Below are positions 37,979 to 51,336 of a stretch of DNA of 64,000 nt, one piece after another. Every line of letters begins with the position of its first letter. Positions within the stretch are counted from its first letter, which is position 1. Both the position numbers and the translations under genes were made by a program. The notes under the pieces were generated by a model, which was not told where the DNA came from, did not search any database, and was given only the letters and a program-made list of their open reading frames with translations. The stretch is from Mytilus edulis (Eukaryota), in NCBI RefSeq assembly GCF_963676685.1, contig NC_092355.1, forward strand, positions 40,610,001 through 40,674,000, read 5' to 3'.

Positions 37979-38236
37979 ATTTAGTCATGTGACCGTGACG
38001 TCATCAACGTTTGTTCATGGTTTTCTACGGTTTAAAATGGAATTTAGAATTAAATTATAAGAAATGCTTTTCCATTTAAAGAATGACTGAATTATTTTTT
38101 CTGTCTATTTGAAATATCATAAAAAAAAAATGTGGTGCACACTGTTAAATGACCCGCTACGCGCGTTATTCAGTGTGCACCAAATTTTTTATTTTATTTC
38201 TTCATAGACAGAAAAAATATTACAGTCATTCCTTAA
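37979..38236 (+). mobile_element. Hairpin-terminated element (E2)
   Basis: Imperfect ~75 bp-arm inverted repeat 38076-38236 with apex CGC-TAC-GCG. Confidence 0.65.
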
Positions 38237-41200
38237 ATAGAAAAGCATGGCTGACAGCTTTATTAAGATGAAAGAAATTTGACTTAAATTTGATTATTCG
38301 AATTGTTTGTTTAAAAGCATAAAATTATGGAAAAGTCTATCTTCTCTAAGGGGTGTAATTTGTTTTCATATAATTGTTATTGTTTGTGATAAATTTCGAT
38401 TATGTACATAGTATGTGTAATTTTTCATTTTACATTATACGACCAGCCACAAAAACAAGACAGAGCAGTGTTGATCGATTAATGTATTGGAGTTTTTTTA
38501 AGTGTTATTATGAATAATGTTTTTTTATATATTTGTAAAAAGTTATAACAAAAATGCTGCACTCCGCGGAATATTCAAAAAGGAAAGTCACTCATTACAA
38601 TGTAAATGGTAGTATGAAAAGCTTAAGACATCAAACGAATAGATAGCAACTGGTACATTCCAGAGTTGGTACAGGCATTTTCATATGTAAAATTTAGATT
38701 AAACCTGGTTTTCTAGATAGCATTACACTCTCACTTGTATGACAGTCGCATCAAATTCTATTATATCGATAAAGATGTGGGATCAAAACAAACATAAGCC
38801 CCTCTTTTTTATCGCAGGCGGGTATAAAAATTAATTTTAAAAAAAAAAGCTCTTCTATAAGATAGCAAATGTCGAAGTTAACGTAGTTTTTTCTTTAATT
38901 GTTGATAAATTGTGACTGTACATTTATGAAAAAAATAACAATTATATGTTTGCAACAGTAAACATTTCCTGTTCCCATTTTCACATTGTTTGACTCGGAT
39001 CGACGGAGAGCTTAACATATAGCATAGACACCAAGCTATTGACGGAGACTTTAGATGCACTTTTGTTATGAATGTCGTTTGGTTTCTCTCATGTTGAAAC
39101 GGACCTAGATATAAAAAAAGTAAAATCACAAAAATACTGAACTCCGAGGAAAATAAAATCGGTAGGTCCATAATCACAGGGCAAAATCAAATGGCAAAAC
39201 ACATCAAAAACATGGACAACAACGTAGAACGAGTGCCGATGAAACAACTCTCCAGACATGTCACAATTGCTTTAAAAGTAAAACATTATAGATCAAAGTA
39301 CGGTCTTCAACCCGGGGCCGTGGCTCACAACGAACAGAAGCTATAAAAAGGCTCCCAAAATGACTAATGTAAAAGCATTTAAACAGAAAAACCAACGGAA
39401 TAATCTTTTAAACGTAATCGATTGTTAGTTTACCAATCAAGTAATCAGGCTCAGACGAACAACACGAACAAATCTGTAAAAGTGGTTACAGTTCACTTTT
39501 GAATATCAGATGAAGGCAATTTTCAGATTTATAAGCATGTTGAAAAATTAGATAATACTCATAACAAACAAACAGAATTCTAAAGTCTAAGACTATGCTC
39601 CACATAAAACAGCAAATACCTAAGGATAGTTACGTTGTTTTAAATTTTATTTATTTAATAAGATTCAGTCATGCATCTGTACATATTGTCCAGCTGATTT
39701 GTGCATAATTTAAAAATTTGGGTTTGTGATCAAAGTACAAAACTTTGCACATTTGAAGATATTTATTTGGTAGTCAATTTAACAGCGGTATACTACTGTT
39801 GCCTTTATTCAAGCTATAGACCCACACTGAAAAATGCAATATGGCGGTCATTTTCAAGATGTTTGTCAATCCGTCCGATTTTCACAACCATGTATTACAT
39901 GTAATCAATAAAATAATATTCACTAAAATATTTAAAACGTAAACAATGAAATTCAACGTTTTAGTAATTCATGATGGAGTATTTTTTAGAAATTTGCAAT
40001 AGATGCCAAAGAAGTGAAAAATATACAAAACTGATACAAAGTTTTGTTGAAAAAAAAAGTAAAATCACAAAAATATTGAACTCCGAGGAAAACTCAAAAC
40101 GGAAAGTCCGTAATCATATGGTAAATTCAAAAGCTCAAACAAATCAAACGAACGGATAACAACTGTAATATTCCTGACTTGGTACAGGCAGTTTCTTATA
40201 TAGAAAATGGTGGATTGAACCTGGTTTGATAGCTACTTAAACCTCTCACTTGTATGACAGTCGCATCAAATGCCATTATATTGAAAACGATGCGTGAACA
40301 AAACAAACAGATATAATATATGAAAATGTCAAAAATACAGCAGTCAACATTGTGTTAAAATCTTATTCACTAAAAAACCCAAACAAATATGTAACAAAGA
40401 GGCAAAAATTGGCATATGTACCAAGCATATTAGGAAAAATTAAAGACCATAATACAATAACACAAAAACGGGATGTATAAGTACATAGCCACGTCATTTA
40501 TGTAACAAAGTATTAAAAAAAGGCATAGTCAATATTCTAGAGATTGTTTTCTCAGGATACATGGATGCTGCTTGCAGAACGTTCTGATTTGTTAGCATTA
40601 TAATATGTATAACGCTCACAGTACTTTGTAATATTGTTCGAAAAAAGCTTTGCCATCTAAAAAGATTCCGATTTTTTACATGTACTGATGGTTATTATAT
40701 TTTCCTACATTTTGTAATTCTTATTTTTAAGAAGACACATTTATAAATCCACTAGTATATAATTTATGCATAAATATTTGATAATATTTATCAATCCGTT
40801 TACACAATAGAACCTTAATTTTGATTTTTGATGGCTGTCATTTTGAAAAAAAGTACTACATGCAGAATTTTACACTATTATGAGATAACTGTACATTTTA
40901 ACATCCACAGTTATGACATTTCAGAAAGTGTGTCATATGAGTGTAATGAATTATTACAATTTTGAGTCCATAAGGTGTAATTCCACCATTGATTTATCCC
41001 TATTATTCTTATAGTGTTAAATTTGTACTTTTCAAAAACAATTGTACAGAATTTATCTTTGTTTCAAATAAAAAATACTTGGCATGAGTATAGTTTTATC
41101 CTGTCGTGTACTATAGACAAATTTTCACAGACCATTTAAAAATTGTAAATAAGAAAATAACCACCACTGGAAGTAAACCAATCATATTATCACCTCTCTT

Positions 41201-41881
41201 TACAGGCTTTAGTAACCATGATACCTCAAGTTTTCAAAATATTCTAGAGTAACACCAAATAAAAAAGGATTGGTGATTTGAAACACCCAAGATATATGTT
41301 TAGGACTAAGAAACTTGTTATTGCCATGAAATGAAGGATTAATTTCCTACAACTGTCAAATTCAATGGAATACAAATTATCGACTCTTTTTCGTATACCA
41401 CCGGTTTAGACGTACTATGATTTGGTGGTATTTCGCCATAATAAAACATAATTGAAAGTTAAGATTAAAACGGAAGACATTTGATACTGAAGTAATTGAC
41501 CTGTTTTCCCTTTAAACTACGCATCTTCCTTCTCAATCAGCAGGCGTGTACTTCCTTTATTTCGACCACTTGTAAATCTAAGTACTCATTTAAAGTGGAC
41601 TTGTGCATTATGAGAAGCTAGCACGTAGAATAAATTTGAAATATCTATTTAAAGATTCATGATGTATGAGCGATATTAATAATTAAAAATATGTTAAATG
41701 TTGAATATCATAATAAATCGCCTTGGAATTGCGTTTTATATTTTAGAAAGTTGTTAGCTATTTAATTCGTATGGATTTACTTTTATTGACTACTGATTTG
41801 AAGAGTAAATAGTGGTCAAAATAGGACCGCCAACGACCACATCTACATTGAAAACCAGCTGAAATTTGAAATTCACTGAGG

Positions 41882-43345
41882 ATGGATAATTCTACAGGAC
41901 TAAATGTTACTGCTAACGATCTTGATATAGCAAACGATGAAATGGCTGTGATTTTACAACCAGTTATAGCAATTGTTTGTATTTATATGGTTGTAGGTGT
42001 ATTAGGAAATCCTTTAGTTATATATTATTATGGATTCTCTGTTAAACCGTCTCCATCGTATAATTTTATAGTACTGGTAGCAGTGTTTGATCTGATAATA
42101 TGTTGCATTTGCATACCATTAGAAATTGTAGACATGCTGTTCAGTTATAAATTTCCCAGTGCAATTGGATGCAAAATTTTCCGATTCGTCAACTACTTTT
42201 CTAGTGTTGGTACGGGATTGGTGCTAATTGCGATAGCTGTTGATAGATATCGTAAGGTTTGTCAGCCATTTAAAACGCAAATTACTATGAAAATGGCAAA
42301 AATAGTCATATTTATTGTGTGCTTGACATCGGCCTGTATCTCGTGGCCGGGTTTTGTATTTTACGACATACATGCCGTAAACATTTCGTCCGTTCCTGGT
42401 TTAATTGGTTATGATTGCACTACAATACGTGAAAAACAATACAAATTGTATATATTAATTTTCAATGGAGTGTGTTTTCTCATTTTCCTTGTTAGCATAA
42501 TAACGCTTACAGTTCTTTATATTCTTGTTGGAAAGAAACTTTGCCATTTAAAAAGATTCCGATTTGCGACCACAACTCAGAAACCATCTAAGAATATCGA
42601 AACCCCGCCGACTAGTTCAAGTGAGGTAAACAGTCAAAGTGGTTTAAAGTTTAAACATGACATGAAACCAACTCAAAAACCTATCCAACTATTAAAGATA
42701 ATCAAGGCTAAAGATGCAAACTATAACACTTCGGTATATAATCAAGGAAAACGACAAACAAATGTGTCCTCTCCTGAAGGAACTCTAAATTCAAACAACA
42801 AAACGCCATTTTTAACGGGAAAAGACATTACTACCCTTTCAACTTTGAATAGCACAAGTACAAAAATAGAAAACTCGCATACAAATTTACAGCCTTTAAA
42901 GTTGAACATTATGTCTGATTTCACGGATTCTGACTCTGACACCAGAAATTCAAAATATGAATCAAGAAATATCAGACAGAGAAGCCTGGTGCATAGGAAA
43001 AAGAAAGTTCGAGATCAGTATATACATTTAAAGAAATACACGTTATTAATGTTTTCAGTCAGTTTGGCATTTATTTTGAGTTTTCTTCCTTACCTTGCTT
43101 TGATGACGTGGCGTACACTTGTGCCTCAACATGAAGGGAACCTGATGACTAAAGACCAACTTGTTGCATATAACATATTTCTACGGTCCTGGATTATTAG
43201 TAGTGTGGTAAATCCGTTGATATACGGATTTTTCAATGCCGATTTCAGCTCATTTGTTTTAAGTCGTATAAAAAGATGTCTTTTTTGTGGAAGTAAGCAA
43301 AAATACGAAACTAATTCAAAACAAGAATCGTCTCATACAGCCTGA
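41882..43345 (+). CDS. Class A orphan GPCR, 487 aa (GPCR-5)
   Basis: GNPLV, AVFDL, GCKIFR, VDRYRKVCQP, SWP, GYDC, SFLPY, VNPLIYGFFN. Confidence 0.95.
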   Translation: MDNSTGLNVTANDLDIANDEMAVILQPVIAIVCIYMVVGVLGNPLVIYYYGFSVKPSPSYNFIVLVAVFDLIICCICIPLEIVDMLFSYKFPSAIGCKIFRFVNYFSSVGTGLVLIAIAVDRYRKVCQPFKTQITMKMAKIVIFIVCLTSACISWPGFVFYDIHAVNISSVPGLIGYDCTTIREKQYKLYILIFNGVCFLIFLVSIITLTVLYILVGKKLCHLKRFRFATTTQKPSKNIETPPTSSSEVNSQSGLKFKHDMKPTQKPIQLLKIIKAKDANYNTSVYNQGKRQTNVSSPEGTLNSNNKTPFLTGKDITTLSTLNSTSTKIENSHTNLQPLKLNIMSDFTDSDSDTRNSKYESRNIRQRSLVHRKKKVRDQYIHLKKYTLLMFSVSLAFILSFLPYLALMTWRTLVPQHEGNLMTKDQLVAYNIFLRSWIISSVVNPLIYGFFNADFSSFVLSRIKRCLFCGSKQKYETNSKQESSHTA

Positions 43346-43847
43346 TTATAAAAAAAAATGTATTTCTAGTAAAGTAATGTTTTTTTTTCAATTTCAGATT
43401 TTTTTTAAATAATTTATTTGTATACTTGTTATATTTTTTTAGGTTTTTTTCAAGATTTAAAATAAACTTGAGTTATATTGATATTTACCAATGTACCCTT
43501 TTAAGACTAGTTCATTTGTAGTACAAAACAAATTTGGTCATTACGATCTGAAACAGTCATCCAATATTAAATATATATATACGCTGAAGTTAGGAGTATG
43601 GAAAAAAAACAGAAAGTTTTATACTGGTTAAATGTAGATGATATCGTGCTCTTTACAGAACTAGATATAACAAAAAATAAAAAAGACTATGCAAAGTTCT
43701 AATAATTATAAGAATTAAACGTTGAATCAACAGAAAAAAAATATTTGATAAAAACATTTTGCATAAAAAAATGATACAATATACTCCAAAAAAATGTTTT
43801 CAGCAAACAAACGGAAATCATTGAGCAACTAAACTTGTTTCCTTGCA

Positions 43848-45045
43848 ACATAACAAAAGAGACATCAACATAACAAAAGAGACATCAACATAACAAAAGA
43901 GACACCAACATAACAAAAGAGACATCAACATAACAAAAGAGACATCAACATAACAAAAGAGACATCAACATAAAAAAAAAGACATCAACATAACAAAAGA
44001 GGCATCAACATAACAAAAGAGACATCAACATAACAAAAGAGACATCAACATAACAAAAGAGACATCAACATAACAAAAGAGACACCAACATAACAAAAAA
44101 GACATCAACATAACAAAAGAGACATCAACATAACAAAAGAGACATCAACATAACAAAAGAGACACCAACATAACAAAAGAGACATCAACATAACAAAAGA
44201 GACACCAACATAACAAAAGAGACATCAACATAACAAAAGAGACATCAACATAACAAAAGAGACATCAACATAACAAAAGAGACATCAACATAACAAAAGA
44301 GGCATCAACATAACAAAAGAGACATCAACATAACAAAAGAGACACCAACATAACAAAAGAGGCATCAACATAACAAAAGAGACATCAACATAACAAAAGA
44401 GACACCAACATAACAAAAGAGACATCAACATAACAAAAGAGAATAACAAAAGAGACATCAACATAACAAAAGAGACATCAACATAACAAAAGAGACATCA
44501 ACATAACAAAAGAGACATCAACATAACAAAAGAGGCATCAACATAACAAAAGAGACACCAACATAACAAAAGAGGCATCAACATAACAAAAGAGACATCA
44601 ACATAACAAAAGAGGCATCAACATAACAAAAGAGACATCAACATAACAAAAGAGACATCAACATAACAAAAGAGACATCAACATAACAAAAGAGACATCA
44701 ACATAACAAAAAAGACATCAACATAACAAAAGAGGCATCAACATAACAAAAGAGGCATCAACATAACAAAAGAGACATCAACATAACAAAAAAGACATCA
44801 ACATAACAAAAGAGGCATCAACATAACAAAAGAGACACCAACATAACAAAAGAGGCATCAACATAACAAAAGAGACATCAACATAACAAAAAAGACATCA
44901 ACATAACAAAAGAGGCATCAACATAACAAAAGAGACATCAACATAACAAAAGAGGCATCAACATAACAAAAGAGACACCAACATAACAAAAGAGGCATCA
45001 ACATAACAAAAGAGACATCAACATAACAAAAGAGACATCAACATA
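43848..45045. repeat. Minisatellite, 20 bp unit CAACATAACAAAAGAGACAT, ~60 copies
   Basis: Head-to-tail array with GACAC, GGCAT and AAAGAC variants and one phase slip near 44441. Confidence 0.97.
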
Positions 45046-45761
45046 AGGTAGCACAATACAAAGATTTTTCATCCCCAATCAGACATCTTTAAACTGATGT
45101 AATTCCACTCATCTTTCTTTAAACTTTATAAATGAGGTACCAAAAGAAAGAAGAAGGATTAATCTTTCAAATTGTGATAATTTCATTATGACATAATTAT
45201 TACATAATTAATTGTTATGTAATTAGTTGCCATTCTGTGATGTCCATACTTGAATGAATTTAGCTTCTTTGTTCTTCATAGCATCCTAAAAAAAAATATA
45301 GATTCTTGCACAACACAGTTTGACCTCCAAAACAGTGTCTTAGATTTTTCCTATTGTATTTCATTCTCTCATAAATCTTCAATGAAGTTTGCAACATCAA
45401 TTCATTAGAGACCACTAAATTCAATTGGGTATAAAATTTGTTCTATTGATGTTTTTGGAAATCTGAGACACAGTTTTGGAGGTCAAGCTGTGTAGTACAA
45501 GAATCTATAAAATATTTTGGGATGCTATGAAGAACAAAGACGCTAAATTCATTCAAGTGTGGACATCACAATATAGCGACTCATTACATAATAATTAATT
45601 ATGTAATAATTATGTCATAATGAAATTATCACAATTTGATAGATTAATCTTTCTTCTTTCTTTGGGTACCTCATTTATAAGATATAAAGAAGGATGAAAT
45701 GAATTACATCAGTTTAAAGTTGTCTGATTGGTAGTGAAAAAATCTTTGTATTGTGCTACCT
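45046..45761. mobile_element. Foldback MITE with ~305 bp inverted arms
   Basis: TA|AGGTAGCACAATACAAAGATTTTT ... AAAAATCTTTGTATTGTGCTACCT|TA; arms about 45046-45351 and 45457-45761. Removing it restores a 20 bp repeat unit. Confidence 0.9.
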
Positions 45762-46126
45762 TAACAAAAGAGACATGTTATCTATTAAATCATTTCCCTC
45801 CAGAAGCATGTTTTTTTTTTCAATTTAAATCAACGACAAATATGTTTTTGCAAAATAAAATACTGCAATACGATATATTGTAACTCCCGTGGTGAAATAT
45901 TTTGTCACTCTCGTTTCAGTGCTAGAATGTATATGTTCATAGTACAACTGTTCTACACCGAGAATCTATACCAGTGCCAGAACACAAACCACCAGTTCAT
46001 AACACTTTCATTAAATGATACTACTTTTTCAATACAGATTTGTTCTGAATGTTGTATTACATACATCAAAGTGAATGTAGGGCCAATATTTCAAATTTGG
46101 ACTTGCAATGATGTGAATATAGGGCC

Positions 46127-46225
46127 AATATTTCCAATACGGACTAGCAATGAATCCTGAATTACATGCACAATATATGTTTACATGTAATTCAGGATTC
46201 ATTGCCAGTCCGTATTGGAAATATT
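46127..46225. repeat. ~43 bp-arm palindrome with a partial upstream duplication
   Basis: AATATTTCCAATACGGACTAGCAATGAATCCTGAATTACATG ... CATGTAATTCAGGATTCATTGCCAGTCCGTATTGGAAATATT. Confidence 0.8.
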
Positions 46226-46822
46226 TGACCGGGCCGAAAAGCAATATAGATCACGTGATTTATATGACCAGGACGACGTAACCAGTATGACACATGCCAT
46301 TTTGGTAGTATAAGGGCTGTTGTAATCATGTTATTTAATACAGCATGTACAGTATGATATAAGCGTACCCAAACTAACATTTTGTATGAGGGTCTAGATT
46401 GAGAATCCTTCAATTCTGTATTCTTTAATCTTTTAACCTATTTCTCTTCATTTTTTTTTTTGTGTTGCCCATTATAATCTTCTCTTCATAATTTAGCACC
46501 CTGTTATTCTCAATTATTTTGGTTCTATTTTCTCTTTTCTTTAAATTTGTTTGGTCATTTATTCTGCAAATTTTGTCCTATATTCCCTTATATCTAAACT
46601 CCTTCTAAACCCTTATGTTTACTAGACTGCGTTGGTGTATAACTTGTAATATCTGTTTTCCACTACAATGTTTTTAAAATGTAATGGCCTCCTGTGTTTT
46701 GGCTTTCATGTCCACTGATTCATTTACATATGTATAATCATATATGATATTGTTCTTATTAAATTCAATGGTATTTCCATAAACTAAATGTAATTCAATC
46801 TGACAAAGTCGTTAAGACTCCA

Positions 46823-48115
46823 TTTTAGCTCACCTTGCATAAAAGCATAATTGTGCTTTTCTCATCTCTGAAGGGGAGGACAGGGGTAAGGGAGACAGGG
46901 AGAAGGGGGTAGGAGAAAGGAGAAAGGGGGTGGGAGAAAGGAGAAAGGGGTAGGAGAAAGGAGAGGAAGGCTGGGAGAAAGGAGAAAAAGTTGGAGAAAG
47001 GAGAAAAAATTAAATATCTTTCCTTTTAAAATTTTTTCTAATATTTCAAGTAAAAATATCTCAAAAGGAGATGTTTTATTCTAATGGGAGAACGGAGAAC
47101 GGGGGTAGGAGAAAGGAGAATAGGGGTGGGAGAAGGGAGAAGGGTACCCCCCTGTCCTCCCCCTCATCTCTTGGATTTGTCGTTCGTCGTCGACTGTTAA
47201 CTTTTACAAAAATCTTCTCCTCTGAAACTACTTCACCAATTTAACCAAACTTGGACTCAATCATAAATGGAATGTCTAGTTAAACATTTGGCCGGTTACA
47301 TCGCCTGTCAATCAAGATAGACGACATGGTTAAAATTGAACATAGGGGTATAATGCAAGTTTAGCTAATTATATAGAAAACAGTTGTAAACAAAAAGAAA
47401 TAAGGCTTAGATTAGAATGTTTAACTCAATCTTTTGTTCATGTACATATGTCAAAACTATCAACAACCTCTTATATAAGTTATTGTCCTGAAATGGTGAA
47501 TTCTACAAATCTCGAAGATAACAATAGATGACCAGAAACTTCAAACAGCAAACATAATCAGCAAGATAAGCTCTATAAATAAGTCAAATATAGCCGAAAT
47601 CGTGAGTCGACTCTTTTTTAGAGTTATTGACGATTTTCACCATATTTTTTCCATTGTTTGCATAATATCTTAAAAACTATATTAAATAGATAAAAACTGT
47701 GTATTGCCAAAGTAATCTGCAAGAAAGTTCTATAGAAAAAAGTCATCAAGACCGACTTTGTTAGACGACTCCTTATTGAATTTATTGCCCTTCATCGGCG
47801 ATATCCTCAATTATGATTATTATGTTGAAAACTGTAAAAGATAGATAAAGACTTTAGATTACATTAAATAATTAACAAGAAAAGATCAAAATATTAGAGA
47901 GAATGGCCGAAATTTTAATATTGTTTTGCATTTTTTGCCTATTATCTTGAAAACTATAAAAGAAAAACAGACACTTTGAAAATGAAACTTTTCAACAGGA
48001 TACGATTTAAAACTATGTCAACATGACTGAACGCGTTGGTTAACTTTTAATCGAGTTATGTTCCTTTACTACAAAGATGCAGGTGGTCGACATAGGCCCT
48101 TTACATACTCTAGTT
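46823..48115 (+). mobile_element. Old Helentron-associated element (family of 5404-6521)
   Basis: TTTTAGCTCACC start, (CGT) repeats, AAAATCTTCTCCTCTGAAACTAC unit start, CAGGTG...CTCTAGTT end. Confidence 0.7.
46869..47166. mobile_element. Purine-rich MITE inserted in the Helentron-type element
   Basis: TIR TGA(A/G)GGGGAGGACAGGGG / CCCCTGTCCTCCCCCTCA flanked by TCTC (or ATCTCT); internal GGAGAAAGGAGAAAGGGG repeats. Confidence 0.8.
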
Positions 48116-48325
48116 GAATAATAGGATTTAAATAGTATGCACATGTTGAACACGCAAAGAAGTGTGTAAAGTCACCAATTTTGAACTCGATAGTATTCAT
48201 ATTAATTAAAGGAAATGTGTAATTCACGTTAACGAGACTTTGTGGAGATTAAATATACCATCCAGTGATTGATATCAAATTGGTATTCCCTGTTCTCCTC
48301 TTGTTGCAGATTTGTATCTTTGCTA

Positions 48326-48726
48326 TAATTACACCTTATGTAGGAATCCTGGGTTTTGATTGGTTGATAGCCAGTGTATTTTTCACCAATTTACTGCTAT
48401 CAAATGAATATCGTTCATTTTTAACGTTGCCGGGGTATATGCAAAAAGGATATGCCTTTTTTACCCTCTCTGCCGTGGTATTTGCCAAAAAATACTCTAT
48501 CCGACTGGACGCTTGTAACGTCACGATCATCAATGCGTTTTAGACATACGGTGTAATTAAACAGATATAGCATGTTCTTGAGGGGTATTTGCCAGCATAC
48601 ATGAGACATGAGGGGTAAAATACCAGTCTTGAGAATGAATTTTCCTCGCCTTACGGCTCGCGAAATTTAACATTCTCTCGACTGGTATTTTTCGCAAATA
48701 CCCCTCCTTAACATGATATATCTGTT
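48326..48726 (+). mobile_element. Hairpin-terminated element (E3)
   Basis: IR TAATTACACC at 48326 / GGTGTAATTA at 48550; GATTGG at 48358; hairpin 48560-48726 with apex GCC-TTAC-GGC. Confidence 0.75.
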
Positions 48727-49905
48727 CAGAATTCTACCATCATAATGTCATATGTAACCTGCAATAAATTAAATATCATTTGATAAGAAATAAATATTAT
48801 AAACTCTGTTTTTGTACAAAAATAGTATATTCATAAAGTTATGAAATGTACTTTAAATCTGTTGAATGCAGTAAATTAATTTGGTATATTTGTTTAAATT
48901 ATATAATTATATGGTTATTTTCATAGTTTAAAAACAAGTCTCAAATGTTTCTTCTATTTCTGTTGTGAAATTCCAAACAAAATATATTTTTTGCCTCAAA
49001 GTGTATTAATAATGCGTCTTCCTTTGCTTATTAAGATGGGTTTTTGTTGGAAACAACTTTTACGTTCAGCCACCAATTGTCACGTGAAAGTATCGGCATT
49101 ACGCCATGTCAGCATCTTTAGTGCTTTGAGAACACGTTCAGGTACCGCATTATTTGAACTGATAGTGTTTATTATTGTTTTATAATAAGTCTGTAATTTA
49201 AGACTGGTTCCGTTTCCTTAATTTTTTTGACTGTGAAAGATGTGTATGTATGACTCAAAACTATAAAATGGAGAGAGCAAGCCCATCTTTGATGTAAAGT
49301 AGTTATTTCATTTATTTGCAACTTCAAAAGAAGTTCTTTTAGTGAAAAAGACCTGATGACAACAGGAAGATATCAATTAGTCAAGATAGTCAATTACGAT
49401 CGTCTGACCCTAATAAACATCTTTTATATCCGACACGCAAAAGTAACCACTTCCTGATTGAATATTGAATTGTGTACATTAACCATGTTCTTGTTGACAT
49501 TTTCATAGTAAAAATAATAACAATTTCCATGAAAGACAAAACATTATGATGTTTTAAATATGAGGATGCATTTTCGACATATTCAACGACAGCAATAATA
49601 AGAAAATTTGCATTTTCAAAGATAGGATTTGATGATTTCGATGGTTCCATGTACCTACCGTGTACAAAGAAACGTGTATATTTAATGTACTTGTGAAAAT
49701 CGTAAACATCACTGAGGAAATGGGATTATCTTAGTTAATAATTAGAAGAAAAAAAACATCAACATCTCAATCCTATATCAAACACTACATATAAACATAA
49801 AAGTTAAACCTTGTTCAGTGAATACGTCATATATTTTTGGGTTTTCTATGGAGAGTACAAAATAAAAAGAAAATGTAAAATTATTGGATTGTAAAGCAAG
49901 TTATT

Positions 49906-51336
49906 ATGAATAATAGCACCAATTTTACGTCTTATCATCTTGACCAGATAAACGACGAAATGGCAATAAATGTACTTCCGGTCATTTTATTAATTTGCAT
50001 TTATATGTTCGTTGGACTATTTGGAAACCTTCTTGTAGCGTACTATTATGGATGCTTCGTTAATCCTTCACCTTCATATTATTTTATTGTAGCCATGGCG
50101 ATTTATGATATTATTTTGTGCTGTATATCTATGCCATTAGAAATTGTGGATCTAAGATTTAGTTATAACTTTCCGAGTGTAATAGCATGCAAAATTCTCC
50201 GGTTTGTGAACTACTTCTCTAGTACTGCGTCTGGATTAGTCTTGATTGCAGTAGCAGTCGACAGATATCGGAAAGTTTGTCAGCCATTCAAAACGCAAAT
50301 TACCATGACATCAGCAAAGATTATCATTGGAGTTTTATGCTTTGCTTCTGTATGTATTGCATGGCCAGCACTCGTTATTTACGACATCAATGTCGTAAAT
50401 ATATCGTCTGCACCAGGTTTGAATGGATACGATTGCACGACGATTCGAAATGAAGAATATAAAGTCTATATATCTATATATAACGGTGTTTGTTTCCTTA
50501 TTTTCATTGGTTGTATAACAACTTTAATCGTTTTGTATATTCTTATTGGAAAGAAATTATGTCATCTCAAAAAGTTCCGATTTTCGGCAACTGCTCGAAA
50601 ATCGGCCAACGTCAACTACACACCGCCTACAAGTGAAAGTGAAATTGATGCAAACTTCAGACGGTTTAAGCCAGTAGTTTATGCTAAACAACCAACAAGT
50701 ACATTCATACCTCTTTTGCAAATTAAAGAAACAAATAGTTTCAGCGATTCCACTGCACAGCAATCAAACAAGAAAGTAAATGCTATAAATTCTTCAAATA
50801 TTAAAAACAAAGTCCATGAAACAGCACTAAGCAAGGAAATTGTTACTCCTTTGCATTATAAAAACGAAATTTCATCACAAGCTAATCAAGAACCAAAGGG
50901 GTTATATACATCTGATTTATCAGATTCTGACTCTGACACGAGAGGTACGAAATTGAAGAAGAAAAGAAGCATATTGCATCGACGGAAGAAGATCCGTGAA
51001 CAGTACATACATTTGAGGAAGTACACGTTGTTAATGTTGTCAGTTAGTATGGCATTTATACTGAGTTTCCTCCCCTATCTTGGATTAATGACATGGCGGA
51101 CATTGGCGCTAAAATATGAAAGGGAAATCCTATCGAAAGTAGAACTAATTCTTTTCAATATATTCCTCCGCTCATGGATGTTGAGTAGCGTGGTGAATCC
51201 GATCATTTATGGCTTCTTTAATGCTGACTTCAGTACATTTGTTTGTGGTCGCCTGAGAAGAATGCTCTGTTCCCAATGTGTAAAACAGGCAGATGTCGAC
51301 AACGAAACAAGAATAGAATCGTCGCATACATTTTGA
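49906..51336 (+). CDS. Class A orphan GPCR, 476 aa (GPCR-6)
   Basis: GNLLV, AIYDI, ACKILR, VDRYRKVCQP, AWP, GYDC, SFLPY, VNPIIYGFFN. Confidence 0.95.
   Translation: MNNSTNFTSYHLDQINDEMAINVLPVILLICIYMFVGLFGNLLVAYYYGCFVNPSPSYYFIVAMAIYDIILCCISMPLEIVDLRFSYNFPSVIACKILRFVNYFSSTASGLVLIAVAVDRYRKVCQPFKTQITMTSAKIIIGVLCFASVCIAWPALVIYDINVVNISSAPGLNGYDCTTIRNEEYKVYISIYNGVCFLIFIGCITTLIVLYILIGKKLCHLKKFRFSATARKSANVNYTPPTSESEIDANFRRFKPVVYAKQPTSTFIPLLQIKETNSFSDSTAQQSNKKVNAINSSNIKNKVHETALSKEIVTPLHYKNEISSQANQEPKGLYTSDLSDSDSDTRGTKLKKKRSILHRRKKIREQYIHLRKYTLLMLSVSMAFILSFLPYLGLMTWRTLALKYEREILSKVELILFNIFLRSWMLSSVVNPIIYGFFNADFSTFVCGRLRRMLCSQCVKQADVDNETRIESSHTF

Noticed and set aside
43848-45045. CRISPR array, telomeric repeat or repetitive coding sequence
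   Set aside because: No spacers, not TTAGGG, and no ORF is called across it; a simple minisatellite.
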